Part shown: positions 16,388-29,467 of the stretch, piece by piece
Layout of the letters: every line of letters starts with the position of its first letter
Position numbering within the stretch: position 1 is the first letter of the stretch
DNA from: Eledone cirrhosa
Lineage: Eukaryota
Assembly (NCBI GenBank): GCA_964016885.1
Contig: OZ024741.1
Span: 15,004,001-15,068,000, forward strand
DNA length: 64,000 nucleotides
Reading direction: 5' to 3'
Translations under genes and position numbers: made by a program
The notes under the pieces: model-generated
What the model saw: only the letters and a program-made list of their open reading frames with translations
What the model was told of the DNA's origin: nothing
Databases searched by the model: none

Positions 16388-17612
16388 TGAGAGGGTGTAC
16401 ATTTGACAGTTGTAAGGGTTTGTTAAGTTGAGAGGGTTTACATTTGAGAGTGGACAGTTGCAGGGGTTTGTTAAGTTGAGAGGGTTTACATTTGAGAGTG
16501 AACAGTTGTAAGGGTTTGTTAAGTTGAGAGGGTTTACATTTGAGAGTGAGCAGGTGTAAGGGTTTGTTAAGTTGAGAGGGTTTACATTTGAGAGTGAACA
16601 GTTGCAGGGGTTTGTTAAGTTGAGAGGGTTTACATTTGAGAGTGAACAGTTGCAGGGGTTTGTTAAGTTGAGAGGGTTTACATTTGAGAGTGAACAGTTG
16701 CAGGGGTTTGTTAAGTTGAGAGGGTTTACATTTGAGAGTGAACAGTTGTAAGGGTTTGTTAAGTTGAAAGGTTTACATTTGAGAGTGAACAGTTGTAAGG
16801 GTTTTGTTAAGTTGAGAGGGTTTACATTTGAGAGTGAGCAGGTGTAAGGGTTTGTTAAGTTGAGAGGGTTTACATTTGAGAGTGAGCAGTTGCAGGGGTT
16901 TGTTAAGTTGAGAGGGTTTACATTTGAGAGTGAACAGTTGCAGGGGTTTGTTAAGTTGAGAGGGTTTACATTTGAGAGTGAGCAGTTGCAGGGGTTTGTT
17001 AAGTTGAGAGGGTTTACATTTGAGAGTGAGCAGTTGCAGGGGTTTGTTAAGTTGAGAGGGTTTACATTTGAGAGTGAACAGTTGCAGGGGTTTGTTAAGT
17101 TGAGAGGGTTTACATTTGAGAGTGAACAGTTGCAGGGGTTTGTTAAGTTGAGAGGGTTTACATTTGAGAGTGAACAGTTGCAGGGGTTTGTTAAGTTGAG
17201 AGGGTTTACATTTGAGAGTGAACAGTTGTAGGGGTTTGTTAAGTTGAGAGGGTTTACATTTGAGAGTGAACAGTTGCAGGGGTTTGTTAAGTTGAGAGGG
17301 TTTACATTTGAGAGTGAGCAGGTGTAAGGGTTTGTTAAGTTGAAAGGTTTACATTTGAGAGTGAACAGTTGTAAGGGTTTTGTTAAGTTGAGAGGGTTTA
17401 CATTTGAGAGTGAACAGTTGTAAGGGTTTGTTAAGTTGAGAGGGTTTACATTTGAGAGTGAGCAGGTGTAAGGGTTTGTTAAGTTGAAAGGTTTACATTT
17501 GAGAGTGAACAGTTGTAAGGGTTTTGTTAAGTTGAGAGGGTTTACATTTGAGAGTGAACAGTTGTAAGGGTTCGTTAAGTTGAGAGGGTTTACATTTGAG
17601 AGTGAGCAGGTG
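16388..17612 (+). repeat. 48-bp minisatellite, about 25 copies
   Basis: Unit TGAGAGGGTTTACATTTGAGAGTGAACAGTTGCAGGGGTTTGTTAAGT; the 16-aa periodicity of ORF 16860-17231 confirms 48 bp. Confidence 0.95.
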
Positions 17613-17714
17613 CATGCGTGTAAAATTGTTAGGGTGTAGATATCAGTAGGTTTATGATTGTGAAGTTGTGGGTATATTTTCAGTTAGGTATCCTACCTAT
17701 CAAATATAAGTATA

Positions 17715-18052
17715 TATGCATGGCATGCATGGTCCCTTAACTCCTGAGGGCGTCGTAGGGGCGCCATATTGGTATACCACGTTTCTAGTGTATTTTCTTT
17801 TAACCTGGCGAAGCTCAATCCTCTCCAGGTCTGAATACAGCAAATTTCTTCCAGAGAAAAATAGAGAGGGTGAGAGAGAGGAGATGTGAGAAAAATAGAA
17901 GAAAAATCGACCTCAGTACTTGACTGGTACTTTTAAGAAAAACCTTGAATGAATGAAAGGCAAAGTTGACCTCGGTGGGATTTGAACTCAGAGGGAAGAA
18001 TACCGCTAAGCATTCTATCTGACGGTCTAACGACTCTGCCAATTCACCACCT
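17715..18052 (-). mobile_element. SINE with composite 3' extension
   Basis: SINE head at ~17905-18052 plus a CT-rich/CTAGAAACG...GGGACCAT extension also seen in 21995-22282 (+). Confidence 0.65.
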
Positions 18053-18285
18053 CATGTGTATATGTATGGCCACATAACTCCTCAGAGAATAGTCGGAGCA
18101 CCATATTCACACACGGCGTTCCTTGTTCATACCTGCCAGAGCCTACCTCCTCTCCAATACCTAATAGTAACAATACATTAATAGTAACTGAATTCTGCAA
18201 CTGGGAGCAGCACCACCCAGGGTGAAATTAAGGAATTCTATAGATCACTCCTGTCACCAATCACACCACAGGCACTCCCCCCTCT

Positions 18286-18337
<52 letters not shown>

Positions 18338-20333
18338 CTCTTTCTAGTTTATAGGTGCATGCTTACACTAGGCCTACTCAATCCGTTCATTCTCGCTACA
18401 TTTACCGACCCATTAACAAATATACTGACGCGAGAACGCTAACACCCCCTTCCGCCCTCACCTTCCTTCCCTAGTGAAACTTTAAAATGTCGATGACGGT
18501 GTTTTAGTCATGTCCACCTCACCACCAACCTCTTTCACTATAGCCAGCAGACAAGGGAAATCTGCCCACTCTTCCTGGCCAAAAGATGGCAGTGTGATCT
18601 TCATGACAAAAACGGCCGATAGCCTGATCTCTGCTACACATGACAACAGTTGTTCGACAAAACTCCACAAGTTAGCAATGAATGGATACCAGGGTAGTGC
18701 GTGCATCTTGAACAGGCCCTCCTGACAGCACTTCTGTGCCTGTTGAGTTTCTGCTCGGGAAGGACGAGCAGTTTTCCTCTGTCTGATGGTTGTAATATTC
18801 TACCACATTCTTGTTTGATGCATAAACTGTTAATTTGCTTATGTACCTTGTATGGTTTATTTTACTGTTGGTTGTGTAAGTAAAGCTGACATTGATTGTG
18901 TTTCTATGGAATACCTGCAGTTACCTGTGATTTAATAGGCACTGAGTGTCTATGACATCTAAAATATCTATATATGTTTTTTTATTGTTCAACTACATTT
19001 TACAGACAGAAGTCATACAATGATGAAAATATTAAACAAAACGATAAAAGCAAAATTAACCCTTTAGCATTTACATTACTCTATATATACTATTGTATTT
19101 TTTAGGTAAAGGCTTTGTCTTCATAATTATATCACATAATGTTGAATCTATGAGATTTTGACATTATTTATTTTGAGAATCCCGCCGAGGTTGACTTTGC
19201 CTTTCATCCTTACGGGGTCGATAAAATAAAGTACCAGTAATGCACTGGTAATTGCTGGCCTTGTGCCAAAAGTAGAAACAATTATTTATTTTGAGAACAA
19301 TACCTTAATGTTGGTATCAGTGACTGTTTACAACCGGTTTGAATAGAAAGAGGTGAGAAAATTCTGGCCAGATACGACTGGTTTAAAAGCTAAAGGGTCA
19401 AGTATTGCACAAAAGGGGGGGGGGGTAAAGTAAACAGATTTGGTTATTTAGGAAACTAAAGTAAATGAAGTAAATAAGGGAAAGAACAAGTTTATTATGG
19501 AGAGGAAGAAAGAGAAGGGGAAGGGTGATGCTTCGGCTGCGCCTCGCAAATAAAACTATAAAGGTATTTCCGTGGTTAATGGCCAGCGACACATGCTACA
19601 ACAGCTACCCGACCTCATGAAGTTCCCTCCTAAGATGAGCTGCTGACGGAGGAGCTCGGCTGCCCCGAGTCCAAGGACGCCCCGAGATTTGACATTTATA
19701 AGGGAGAGTGGGTTAAACCGTTTGATGTTACACCTTTCCTTTTGTTAAATTTCAGGGGTCTCAGTGTTATTAAGACTTTAATGGAATAGAGATTGACTTT
19801 GCCGAATAACTCATTGTTTGACGAACAGTTCGGAGATACTTTAGCTCATGTTATTAATTAACGGGGTCGATAAAATAAAGTACCAGTAATGCACTGGGTA
19901 ATTGCTGGCCTTGTGCCTAAAGTAGAAACAGTTATTAATTAAATTTCTGAAAATGGTGGAGAAGTTAGTTAGAATTGTTAATTATGTACACGAGCTTTTA
20001 ATTGAGTTTATTATATGACTGCTATTTTTTCGGCGGCTCTAAGACAATGAATGGTTAAATATAATCTCCTGGTGGAGTTGTAGAGACACGGTCATGAGAT
20101 GCGGTGTGTTTGGGTATTTTAAACCTGGTAATACACATCATTCTTCAAGGCGGGACATAGCATGTTTCTACAAGAGAAAGAGAATCAACCCCAGTACTTG
20201 ACTATTCTTTATTTATCGACCTGGAAAGGGTGAAACACAAAATTGACTTCCGCAGGATTTGAACTCAGAGCGCAGTTAGCCGGAACACATACTGAATCAT
20301 TTTTTAATTCGATACCTTAAGATTAATGATATA

Positions 20334-20499
20334 CCGTATTTCCCGGCGTCGAAAACGCTACTTTTATCCTAAAAAAAGTCTCAAAAATCTACCATGGGTC
20401 CTGGAGGCCGAAGGTTGTTTATTATTTTTTTTTATTTTTAGTTGTTTAAATTAGGGTGGGTGTTCGAGGACGAAGCGTGTTCGGCGCCGGGAAATGCGG
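20334..20499. mobile_element. MITE (Tc1/mariner-pogo type) with TA target duplication
   Basis: TA|CCGTATTTCCCGGCGTCGAA ... TTCGGCGCCGGGAAATGCGG|TA terminal inverted repeats; a second, truncated, opposite-orientation copy at 32450-32580. Confidence 0.8.
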
Positions 20500-21994
20500 T
20501 AGTTATAAGTTCAACTATGTCTATATACTGAGAGGCGAACGTCGAAGCTGTTGAAGATGATGGTTTAAAAGTTTCTGAACATGTTTGGCCACTTAAATAG
20601 CAGAGTTCTAACAATACAAGTTATTTTTATTGTTTTAGCAAAAGAGGGAAGGGTAATACCTAAGATATTTATATTTTATATATTTCCAAGACCTCTAAGG
20701 CTAGTGGAAGAAGGAGAACAGTTTCTCCGTATCGGAAACCTTGCCCGAATGCTTGCAACAGAATGGACTCAGGAACCTGATAGAGGTGTTAATTAAGGGG
20801 AGGATTAAGTCAAACAGGCACTCATTTAGGAAATCAAAGAGCATGACGCTCCGACATTTGCCGCAATCAACCACCCAAGGTTGGTGGTGGTGGTGGTAGT
20901 TTTGGTGATGTGGTTACACAGGGTCAGGTTGGATTAAGTTTAACAGTAGTGTGGATGTGACAGACGTCTCGTTGTTTTGCTCCAGAACAGCCCAATTCCC
21001 GCAGACCTATGATGACACTTCATTCCACGCAGGTTCTTTAAAAGTCTACCTAGGGCTAAAATATTTCATGTGTTGTTTATTTATTGAATATTCTTTGGTG
21101 TGGTTTGAGGGAGCTTCGACTGCTATTTTTTGCAGGGCTAGAAGCAACGACGTGAAAGCTTCCTGCAGAGGTAGAGGTAGGATTTTGATAGAATTATTAG
21201 TTTTGATAATAATAATTTCTAAGATAGGCACAAAACCATAGCTTTTGAGGGCAACATAGTAGTGGATGGATTACATTGACTTAGCATATTACTGGTACTT
21301 TATTTTATCTATCCCAGAAATATTAAACACAAAATTAACCTCGGTGGTGTTTGGACTGAGAACACACCCCGCAAAATTTGTCTTTTGTCAGATACTCTAA
21401 CTATTCTGTCAATCCTTCTTCTTCTTCTTCTTCTTCTTCTTCTTCTTCTTCTTCTTCTTCTTCTTCTTCTTCTTCTTCTTCTTCTTGAGAGGGTCGTGGG
21501 GGAAGTGTCCTCAAACACTCCTTCCTGCGTGTCATGTTAGAAGCAACCGTCTACAACTGGACCTGCTGGAGGGAGTGTTTGAGGACACTGCCCCCACGAC
21601 CCTCTCAGGAAGAAGAAGAAGAAGAAGAAGAAGAAGAAGAAGAAGAAGAAGAAGAAGAAGAAGAAGAAGAAGAAGAAGAAGAAGAAGAAGAAGAAGAAGA
21701 AGATTGATACACTGCTTAAGTTTCTAACATAGGTAGAAAACGAGAATGTTTTGGAGAGATATAAGTTGCTTAAATCGTTGAGTAGGAGGTGCTTCATTTT
21801 ATGAACCCAGATATCACAAATGGATTTATCAGGACAAGTAGATAACTGGTATTTTAGGTTATCGACCATAGAAGCCTCAAAACATAGTGAGTGATGAGTA
21901 AATAGCTGGAAATATCTAATTCGGCGCTCTATAGATTCTGAAATTGGAAAATATTCAAGTGATGTAGACACAGTAAGGAGAAGGAAAGTAAAGG

Positions 21995-22282
21995 GTAAAT
22001 TGGTAGAGTTGTTAGAAGGTCGGATAGAATGGTTTGTGGTATTTCATCTGACTCTCTTCTATCTCAGTTCAAATCCCGCCGAGGTCAACTTTGCTTTTCA
22101 TCCATTCAAGGTCGATAAAAAAAGTACCAGTCAAGTAATGAGGGTCTATTCTTCCGCTATATTTCTTTCTCACTTCCTCTCTCTCACTTTCTATCTTTCT
22201 CTGGAAAAAAATGTCCTAGAAACGCCGCATGTCAATAGGGAGCACTACAATATCCCCCAGGAGTCACGGGACCATACCATAT
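21995..22282 (+). mobile_element. SINE with composite 3' extension
   Basis: GTTCAAATCCCGCCGAGGTCAACTTTGC..GGTCGATAAAAAAAGTACCAG, then the same extension as 17715-17905. Confidence 0.65.
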
Positions 22283-22662
22283 AAGGAGAATGATGAGAGG
22301 GAGGAGGAGGCTGAACAATATGACAATGAGGATGATGAGAGATTAAGAAAAATAGAGAGAGGTATTAAAGAGCGAGAGAAGGGAGAATGAGGGGGAAATA
22401 AATCGAGAGAGTGAAAGGTGGAAATACATAGGTGTGTGTAAAATTAAATATTGTTTCATATGTATGTATATAAGTATGTATTAATGTATATAAGTATGTA
22501 TTAATGTATATAAGTATGTATATAAGTATGTATTAATGTATATAAGTATGTATATATGTATGTATGTATGAATTTATATATGAATGTCTGTATAAATACA
22601 CACGTATATATATATTTATATATATTTATGTCTCTATCGCTCTTTCCCTCCCTCTCTCTCCT

Positions 22663-22705
<43 letters not shown>

Positions 22706-23141
22706 GAGAGAGAGAGAAATATTAAAACAATTAAATTAAACACAAAACTGTTAATTCATAGTAAAACACATTATTTTACGATCGTTTCTGGGGGGTAGTT
22801 CCCTGTATGTTCATTCAATTATTGATCTATGTAAAAGGGAACTACCCCCCAGAAACGACCGTAAAATAATTGTTTATACTTTAGGTACAAGGTCAGCAAT
22901 TATCCCAGTACATTACTGGTACTTTATTTTATCGACCCTGTAAGGATGAAAGGCAAAGTGAATTAACAGTTTTGTGTTTAATTTAATTGTTTTAATATTT
23001 CTATTTTGACTCTGTATCCAATTGAATTATATCGTTGATAAAAATGTTTATATTTTAAACTTTGCTTCACGACATCTTCTACACAGGGATTACATTGAGT
23101 CCTTTAAAGGGCTTAGACCCTACCATTGAGTGGTAGATTTA

Positions 23142-23186
<45 letters not shown>

Positions 23187-23671
23187 GCTCACACAGACAC
23201 AACATATACACAGTTCGGTACACATGTAAGACTCCACCCATTCACTCACTCCATGTAAACATTTCAACATTTCTCGCACTGGACCACTCACCAAACAATA
23301 ACTGATACACACAGACACACAAATATATACACACACACACACTTATATATAGATACAAACATATATATATATATCCACACACACAGACACACTTATACAC
23401 ACACACATCCTTATATGTACAAACATATATAAACACACACACATATAATTATACAAACACACACACCTATATATACAAACATATATACACACATACACTT
23501 ATATATATTAATGTACACAGACATACACACACATATATATATACAAACACACGTACACACAGATATATGTATATTTCTTTAATGTTTAAGTCTTGTTACT
23601 CTGGAGTTTCTGTCACAGGAACATCAGACAATTCTATTAATTTGTACTTTGGAATACCCTTCTCAATAAAC

Positions 23672-23706
<35 letters not shown>

Positions 23707-23841
23707 ATACAGACACACACACACTCAGACACACACACACACTCACACACACACACATACATATATATATACACACACACACACACACATATATATGTAT
23801 ATATATATGTATATATATATATATATGTACATATATATATA

Positions 23842-23909
<68 letters not shown>

Positions 23910-24137
23910 CACATATATATATATATACATATATGTGTGTGTGTATACAGACACACACACACACATATAAAGAGAGGGGGGGTTACTTCCACATCCGTCC
24001 GGTGAAACGTACGTCTTCGAATATGGTTTGCTTATTTGTTGTGGAACTAACTCTATACAGAACTCGTCCTTTGGACTGAGTGCTCTACCTACTACGGATA
24101 TACACTCCCGGGTTTGTACCACTATATACATATATAC

Positions 24138-24240
<103 letters not shown>

Positions 24241-24392
24241 ATCAAAAGATGGTTAAAAGAGTTCCATGTATTTTATTATGCGCATTTCAAAAACAAATAT
24301 CATCATGCGATGACATTTGCGTTTTCATCATAAATGTTGATTTAAAACTGCACTATTCACAAGTGTGTTTTAACCTTCATATCATGTCTCCC

Positions 24393-24463
24393 TATTTTAT
24401 CTGACGAAAACGCAAATGTCATCGCATGATGATATTTGTTTATGAAATGCGCATAATAAAATA
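24393..24463 (+). ncRNA. Type-I hammerhead ribozyme motif with long stem II
   Basis: TATTTTAT-CTGACGA-AAACGCAAATGTCATC(GCAT)GATGATATTTGTTTAT-GAAA-TGCGCATA-ATAAAATA; palindromic stem III ATGCGCAT; AUA triplet ending at 24455. Confidence 0.8.
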
Positions 24464-24586
24464 CATGGAACTCTTTTAACCATCTTTTGATCTTATATAT
24501 TATTTATACTCCAGTCCTACAAACTGTAGAGTGCTACTTATCCGATATCTGCATTGCTTTATTGTACTACAATAAAACTCACCTCC

Positions 24587-24653
<67 letters not shown>

Positions 24654-24790
24654 CATACTTATATATATATATATATATACATACATATATATTACGTTTA
24701 GATAGCTTGACAAATTGAAGATTGCGGCAGGCAAAACCCAACCATACAATACAAAAAACAACGAAGGAACTTATCAGGTTAATATATATA

Positions 24791-24872
<82 letters not shown>

Positions 24873-24878
24873 TATATT

Positions 24879-25050
<172 letters not shown>

Positions 25051-25407
25051 TTAGTACAGCATTAACGAAGCTTTAGTTTGCGGCCAAGCTAACGAATGCA
25101 TAATCGGTCTGTAGCTTTAGCACTCGGATGGGGAAAAGAACCCCAGAGTAATAACAATACGTTTAGACAGCTTAGCAAATCAGATATAGCGGTCGGCAGT
25201 CCAGCCGCATCACTAGAGCAACGAAAATACAGGACCCAGGAAAAGATGTATATGTGTGTGTTTGTGTACATATATGGATAAATATGCTGGATCTGTCAAC
25301 TCCTATCCTTACGGCGCCGATAAAATAAAGTACCAGTAATGTACTGTGTAATTGATGGCCTTGTGCCAATAGTAGAAACAATTATATATATATATATATA
25401 TATATAT

Positions 25408-25603
25408 AACGAAGGAAGTGTGGTAAGGACCAGATGGACCATAACGCACCAGAGTACTCAATACTTAGGATAGTAGAGTGGGTAATAGGAAAATGTTCAA
25501 GACCCCGGCGGCAGAGCTCAAGCCGTTTCAACGGCTATTTCTGTACTCCAGAATATATCCGTGGAAACGGCTTGAGCTCTGCCATCGGGGTCTTGGACAT
25601 TTT

Positions 25604-25606
<3 letters not shown>
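25408..25606 (-). mobile_element. Family A element with fold-back
   Basis: Same architecture as 2353-2546, more diverged. Confidence 0.75.
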
Positions 25607-25643
<37 letters not shown>

Positions 25644-25861
25644 GTAATAATAATAAATGTGAAGACTAAAATCCAACGAGGGCTCGATAAGGATCAATAT
25701 ATATCAAATATATAAGAACCGTAGAGCAAATATTTATGAAAATAACAGATTAAAGTTTAAGCAAAGAATCGCTGCTTTCACCCTTAAAGCAGCGATTCTT
25801 TGCTTAAACTTTAATCTGTTATTTTAATAAATATATATATATATATATATATACATATATG

Positions 25862-25942
<81 letters not shown>

Positions 25943-25954
25943 GCACATAAATCG

Positions 25955-25993
<39 letters not shown>

Positions 25994-26005
25994 GCACATA
26001 AATCG

Positions 26006-26036
<31 letters not shown>

Positions 26037-26223
26037 GCACATAAATCGCATACAAGTTTAAAAGAGACAACAGTACGAAAACCACGCATGTACAAGAACT
26101 CTCGTGGGACTTGAACATTTGGTGTGGGAGGATATTTAACATGAAGGTTATGTAGTATAGTAGTTATCTTTAGTCCAGGAGATTTAGGTTCGTGTCACCT
26201 CCCCGGTAGGTTTTAATTATTTC

Positions 26224-26264
<41 letters not shown>

Positions 26265-26456
26265 TCTCTCTCTCTCTATCTCTCTCTCTCTATTTCTATC
26301 TATCTCTCTCTTGTAAGCATATATGGATATATATGTGTGTATATATGTATATGTATGTATGCACATATGTATGTGTGTATATATGTATGTATGCATGTAT
26401 GTATGTATATATGTGTATGTGTGTGTATGTGTGAATATGTGAATGTGAGTGATTAA

Positions 26457-26489
<33 letters not shown>

Positions 26490-26539
26490 TAAATATATAT
26501 CCAAATATGAGTGTATGCACACTTATATTTGTGCATGTA

Positions 26540-26975
26540 TGTATGTGTGTATGTGCGTGTGTGTTTGGTTTTGTGTATGTGTGTGTGTATGTGCGTGTGT
26601 GCTTGGTTTTGTATGTGTGTGTATGTGCGCGTGTGTGCTTGGTTTTGTATATATGCGTGTGTGTATGTATGTGTGTGCTTGGTTTTGTGTATGTGTGCGT
26701 GAGTGCTTCGTTTTGTATGTATGTGTGTGTGTATGTATGTGTGTGCTTGGTTTTGTGTATGTGTGTGTGTATGTGCGTGTGTGCTCGGTTTTGTGTATGT
26801 GCGTGTGTGCTTGGTTTTGTATATATGTGTGTATGTGTGCGTGTGTGCTTGGTTTTGTATATATGCGTGTGTGTATGTATGTATGTGCTTGGTTCTGTGT
26901 ATGTGCGTGTGTGCTTGGTTTTGTGTATATGTGCCTGTATGTGCGTGTGTGCTTGGTTTTGTGTATGTGTGTGCG
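26540..26975 (+). repeat. (GT)-derived minisatellite with GCTTGGTTTTGT core
   Basis: About a dozen variable-length units GTGTGTGCTTGGTTTTGTGTAT. Confidence 0.85.
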
Positions 26976-27287
26976 TTTATAGAATGGTCTTCTGCGTGTG
27001 ACAGTCTCGCTATGTTTAGATTGTACGGTGAACGGTTAAACCAATAGCGTTCCATGTGGGCGTGGTTAAGACAACTTATGTAAACACAACCTACATACAC
27101 ACACGGAGACACACATATACATGGTATAGAGAGGGAGGGTTAGAAAGAGATACTTATGGTAGTTATATAGATGAGGGAGAGAAAGAGGGGGAGAGAGAGA
27201 GGGAGGGAGAGAGAGAGCGAGAGAATAGGTTAACTTATAACAATTATATTAGTGACGGAAATATTGAATATATGTAAGTATCATGTA

Positions 27288-27320
<33 letters not shown>

Positions 27321-27337
27321 TTTTATATATATATATT

Positions 27338-27370
<33 letters not shown>

Positions 27371-27386
27371 ATTTATATATATATAG

Positions 27387-27434
<48 letters not shown>

Positions 27435-27519
27435 CGATATAGGTATATATATATAAAAATACATGCATACTTACATATATCAATATTCTATATTTCCGTC
27501 ACTATTTATATGTATATAT

Positions 27520-27559
<40 letters not shown>

Positions 27560-27562
<3 letters not shown>

Positions 27563-27699
27563 AGGACCCCGACGGCTGAGCTCCGGCCGTTTCGACACCT
27601 AGATCCGAATTCAGTTCGGATCTATTACCCACTCTACTACCCTAAGTATCGAGTACTCTGGTGCGTTATGGTCCATCTGGTTCCTTACCACACTTTCTT

Positions 27700-27704
<5 letters not shown>
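27560..27704 (+). mobile_element. Family A element, rearranged
   Basis: GACCCCGACGG..GAGCTC..GCCGTTTCGAC, a short hairpin TAGATCCGAA/TTCGGATCTA, then the family A 3' end; (TA)n on both sides. Confidence 0.7.
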
Positions 27705-27754
<50 letters not shown>

Positions 27755-27756
<2 letters not shown>

Positions 27757-28556
27757 GAAAAATTGAACAGGGACAGAACAGAGAGGCAGTACGACAAATG
27801 TTTATTAAATTCACGCTCAGGAGAGTGGGGGGTAGGTGGGGGACGACGTTTCGGGCATAAGCCCTTCTTCAGGTGAGAGTTCAAAAGGTGTGTAGGGGAG
27901 TGGTGGAGAGACATATAGCGAAAGGAAACGGTGCGAATGAAAAATTAACAAATAAAGACAAAAATATAATAAATAAAAATAAAGCATGATCAAAATAAAC
28001 TGAAATTAAAAGGGGGGTAAACAGGTGGTGGAAGGGTGTGGGGTGAGTAGAGGTGGTGGCGGGTGGAGTGGGGAGAGGGAGACGGGGTGTCCGAGCGGGG
28101 AGGGCTGAAGGTGGTGTGTGTGGTTAGGTGTGCGTGTGTGTGTGTGTGTGTGTATGTGAAAATGAGGGTTGGAGGAAGAACGGGGTTGCATGTTCAGGAA
28201 GGTGTGTGTGGGGGGTGTTTTTGTGGGTCGGAGGGTCTGTGCGTGTGTGGATAGGGGGGTGGGGGTAGAGGAATCAGGGGGCTGAGGGTGTAAATATGTG
28301 GTGGGAAGCACGTGTGTGTGGTTTAAGCGTGTTGTGGGTGTGGGTGGCGTGTGGATAAAAAAATTGTTTTGGGGTGTGTGTGTGTGGGTGAGTTATATAG
28401 GTGGTGGTGTAAGAGGGTGGTTGAAAAGTGGTAAGTTACACGGATGTATGGAGATTTTGGTGAGAAGTCAAAACGCGTGTGGGTAATCCAAGAAGCGGTG
28501 GTCGGAAGAGGAGAGATGTGGGGTGCGCGCGCAACAGGAAGTGGTCAAGGAGAGAT

Positions 28557-28558
<2 letters not shown>
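27755..28558 (-). mobile_element. Probable Penelope-like element 3' region (CA/C-rich tail, hammerhead, AATAAA)
   Basis: Bounded by (TA)n on both sides; strongly C/A-biased on the minus strand; ends with the hammerhead at 27843-27875 and AATAAA. No RT coding sequence recognised. Confidence 0.5.
27843..27875 (-). ncRNA. Minimal hammerhead ribozyme motif (PLE type)
   Basis: Minus strand CAC-CTGAAGA-A-GGGC(TTAT)GCCC-GAAACGTC-GT; AATAAA and a (TA)n tract follow downstream. Confidence 0.7.
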
Positions 28559-28614
<56 letters not shown>

Positions 28615-28726
28615 TAGTTCTAAATAATTTGATTTAATTTTATAATACTATATTATGAAATTAAATCAAATTATTTAGAACTACAAGTGATGTCATTCTT
28701 TTCCTTTTTTTCAAATATTTATATAA

Positions 28727-28768
<42 letters not shown>

Positions 28769-28772
<4 letters not shown>

Positions 28773-28958
28773 GCTTTCACCGTATTTTTTGACTAAAGAA
28801 ATTTTAGTCTGATAATGGGGTCTAGAACCCTCAGATAAATGGAAAAAGATGAGTATTGACGTACATGTCAATACTCATCTTTTTCCATTTATCTGAGGGT
28901 TCTAGACCCCATTATCAGACTAAAATCTCTTTAGTCAAAAAATACGGTGAAAGCTATT
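28769..28958. mobile_element. Family B ~190-bp fold-back palindrome
   Basis: AATAGCTTTCACCGTATTTTTTGACTAAAG...GAGTATTGAC/GTCAATACTC...CTTTAGTCAAAAAATACGGTGAAAGCTATT; apex at ~28863. Confidence 0.8.
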
Positions 28959-29002
28959 ATATTTTCTAATTTCAAACCTGCTCACTGTTTCAAAACATAT
29001 TT

Positions 29003-29053
<51 letters not shown>

Positions 29054-29259
29054 TTATATATTTATAAAATAGAAAACGAAGAATCAGTGATGCATCGGAA
29101 CACAGTTTATTACGTGTTACAATTGTTTCTCCGGTGAACAGCTCGAGGTGCGATCTGTTCGTGGCTCGAACCTCACTCTGGATTCGTAAGTTCCTCAGAT
29201 ACATCTATATATATATATAGAGAGAGAGAGAGAGGGAGAGAGAAAGAGAGAGAGAGAGA

Positions 29260-29467
29260 TACCAGGGGGGGGGGGGTTACTGGCTTTGTGTAAAAGAAAA
29301 GACAGGAGGATCAGTTATGATTTTATTCAACATATTCCCCTCTCAGATTCTCACACTTACTGCAGCGGTCCTTCACGTTTTCTAAGCCCTGTAACTCGGA
29401 AAGCTGGATCTCCAACAAGGCCTCTGTAGCAGCGACCAAGCCGGGAACTTACCAGCACCTTCTCGTA
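29260..29467 (-). mobile_element. Internally deleted mariner element
   Basis: Minus-strand TIR TACGAGAAGGTGCTGGTAAGTTCCCGGCTT; degenerate opposite TIR AAGCCAGTAACCCCC..CTGGTA; the interior translates to LVAATEALLE...GLENVKDRCSKCENLRGEYVE*, resembling a mariner transposase C-terminus. Confidence 0.75.

Noticed and set aside
16388-17612. CRISPR-like array or repeat protein
   Set aside because: Head-to-tail units with no unique spacers; stops and frameshifts in variant units; eukaryotic context.
21720-21971. Non-repetitive 89-aa part of ORF 21537-21971
   Set aside because: No recognisable motif or splice context; runs into (TTC)n.
29445-29460. Strong minus-strand splice donor (CTG|GTAAGT) as a candidate Nkx6 upstream exon
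   Set aside because: It lies within a mariner terminal inverted repeat.
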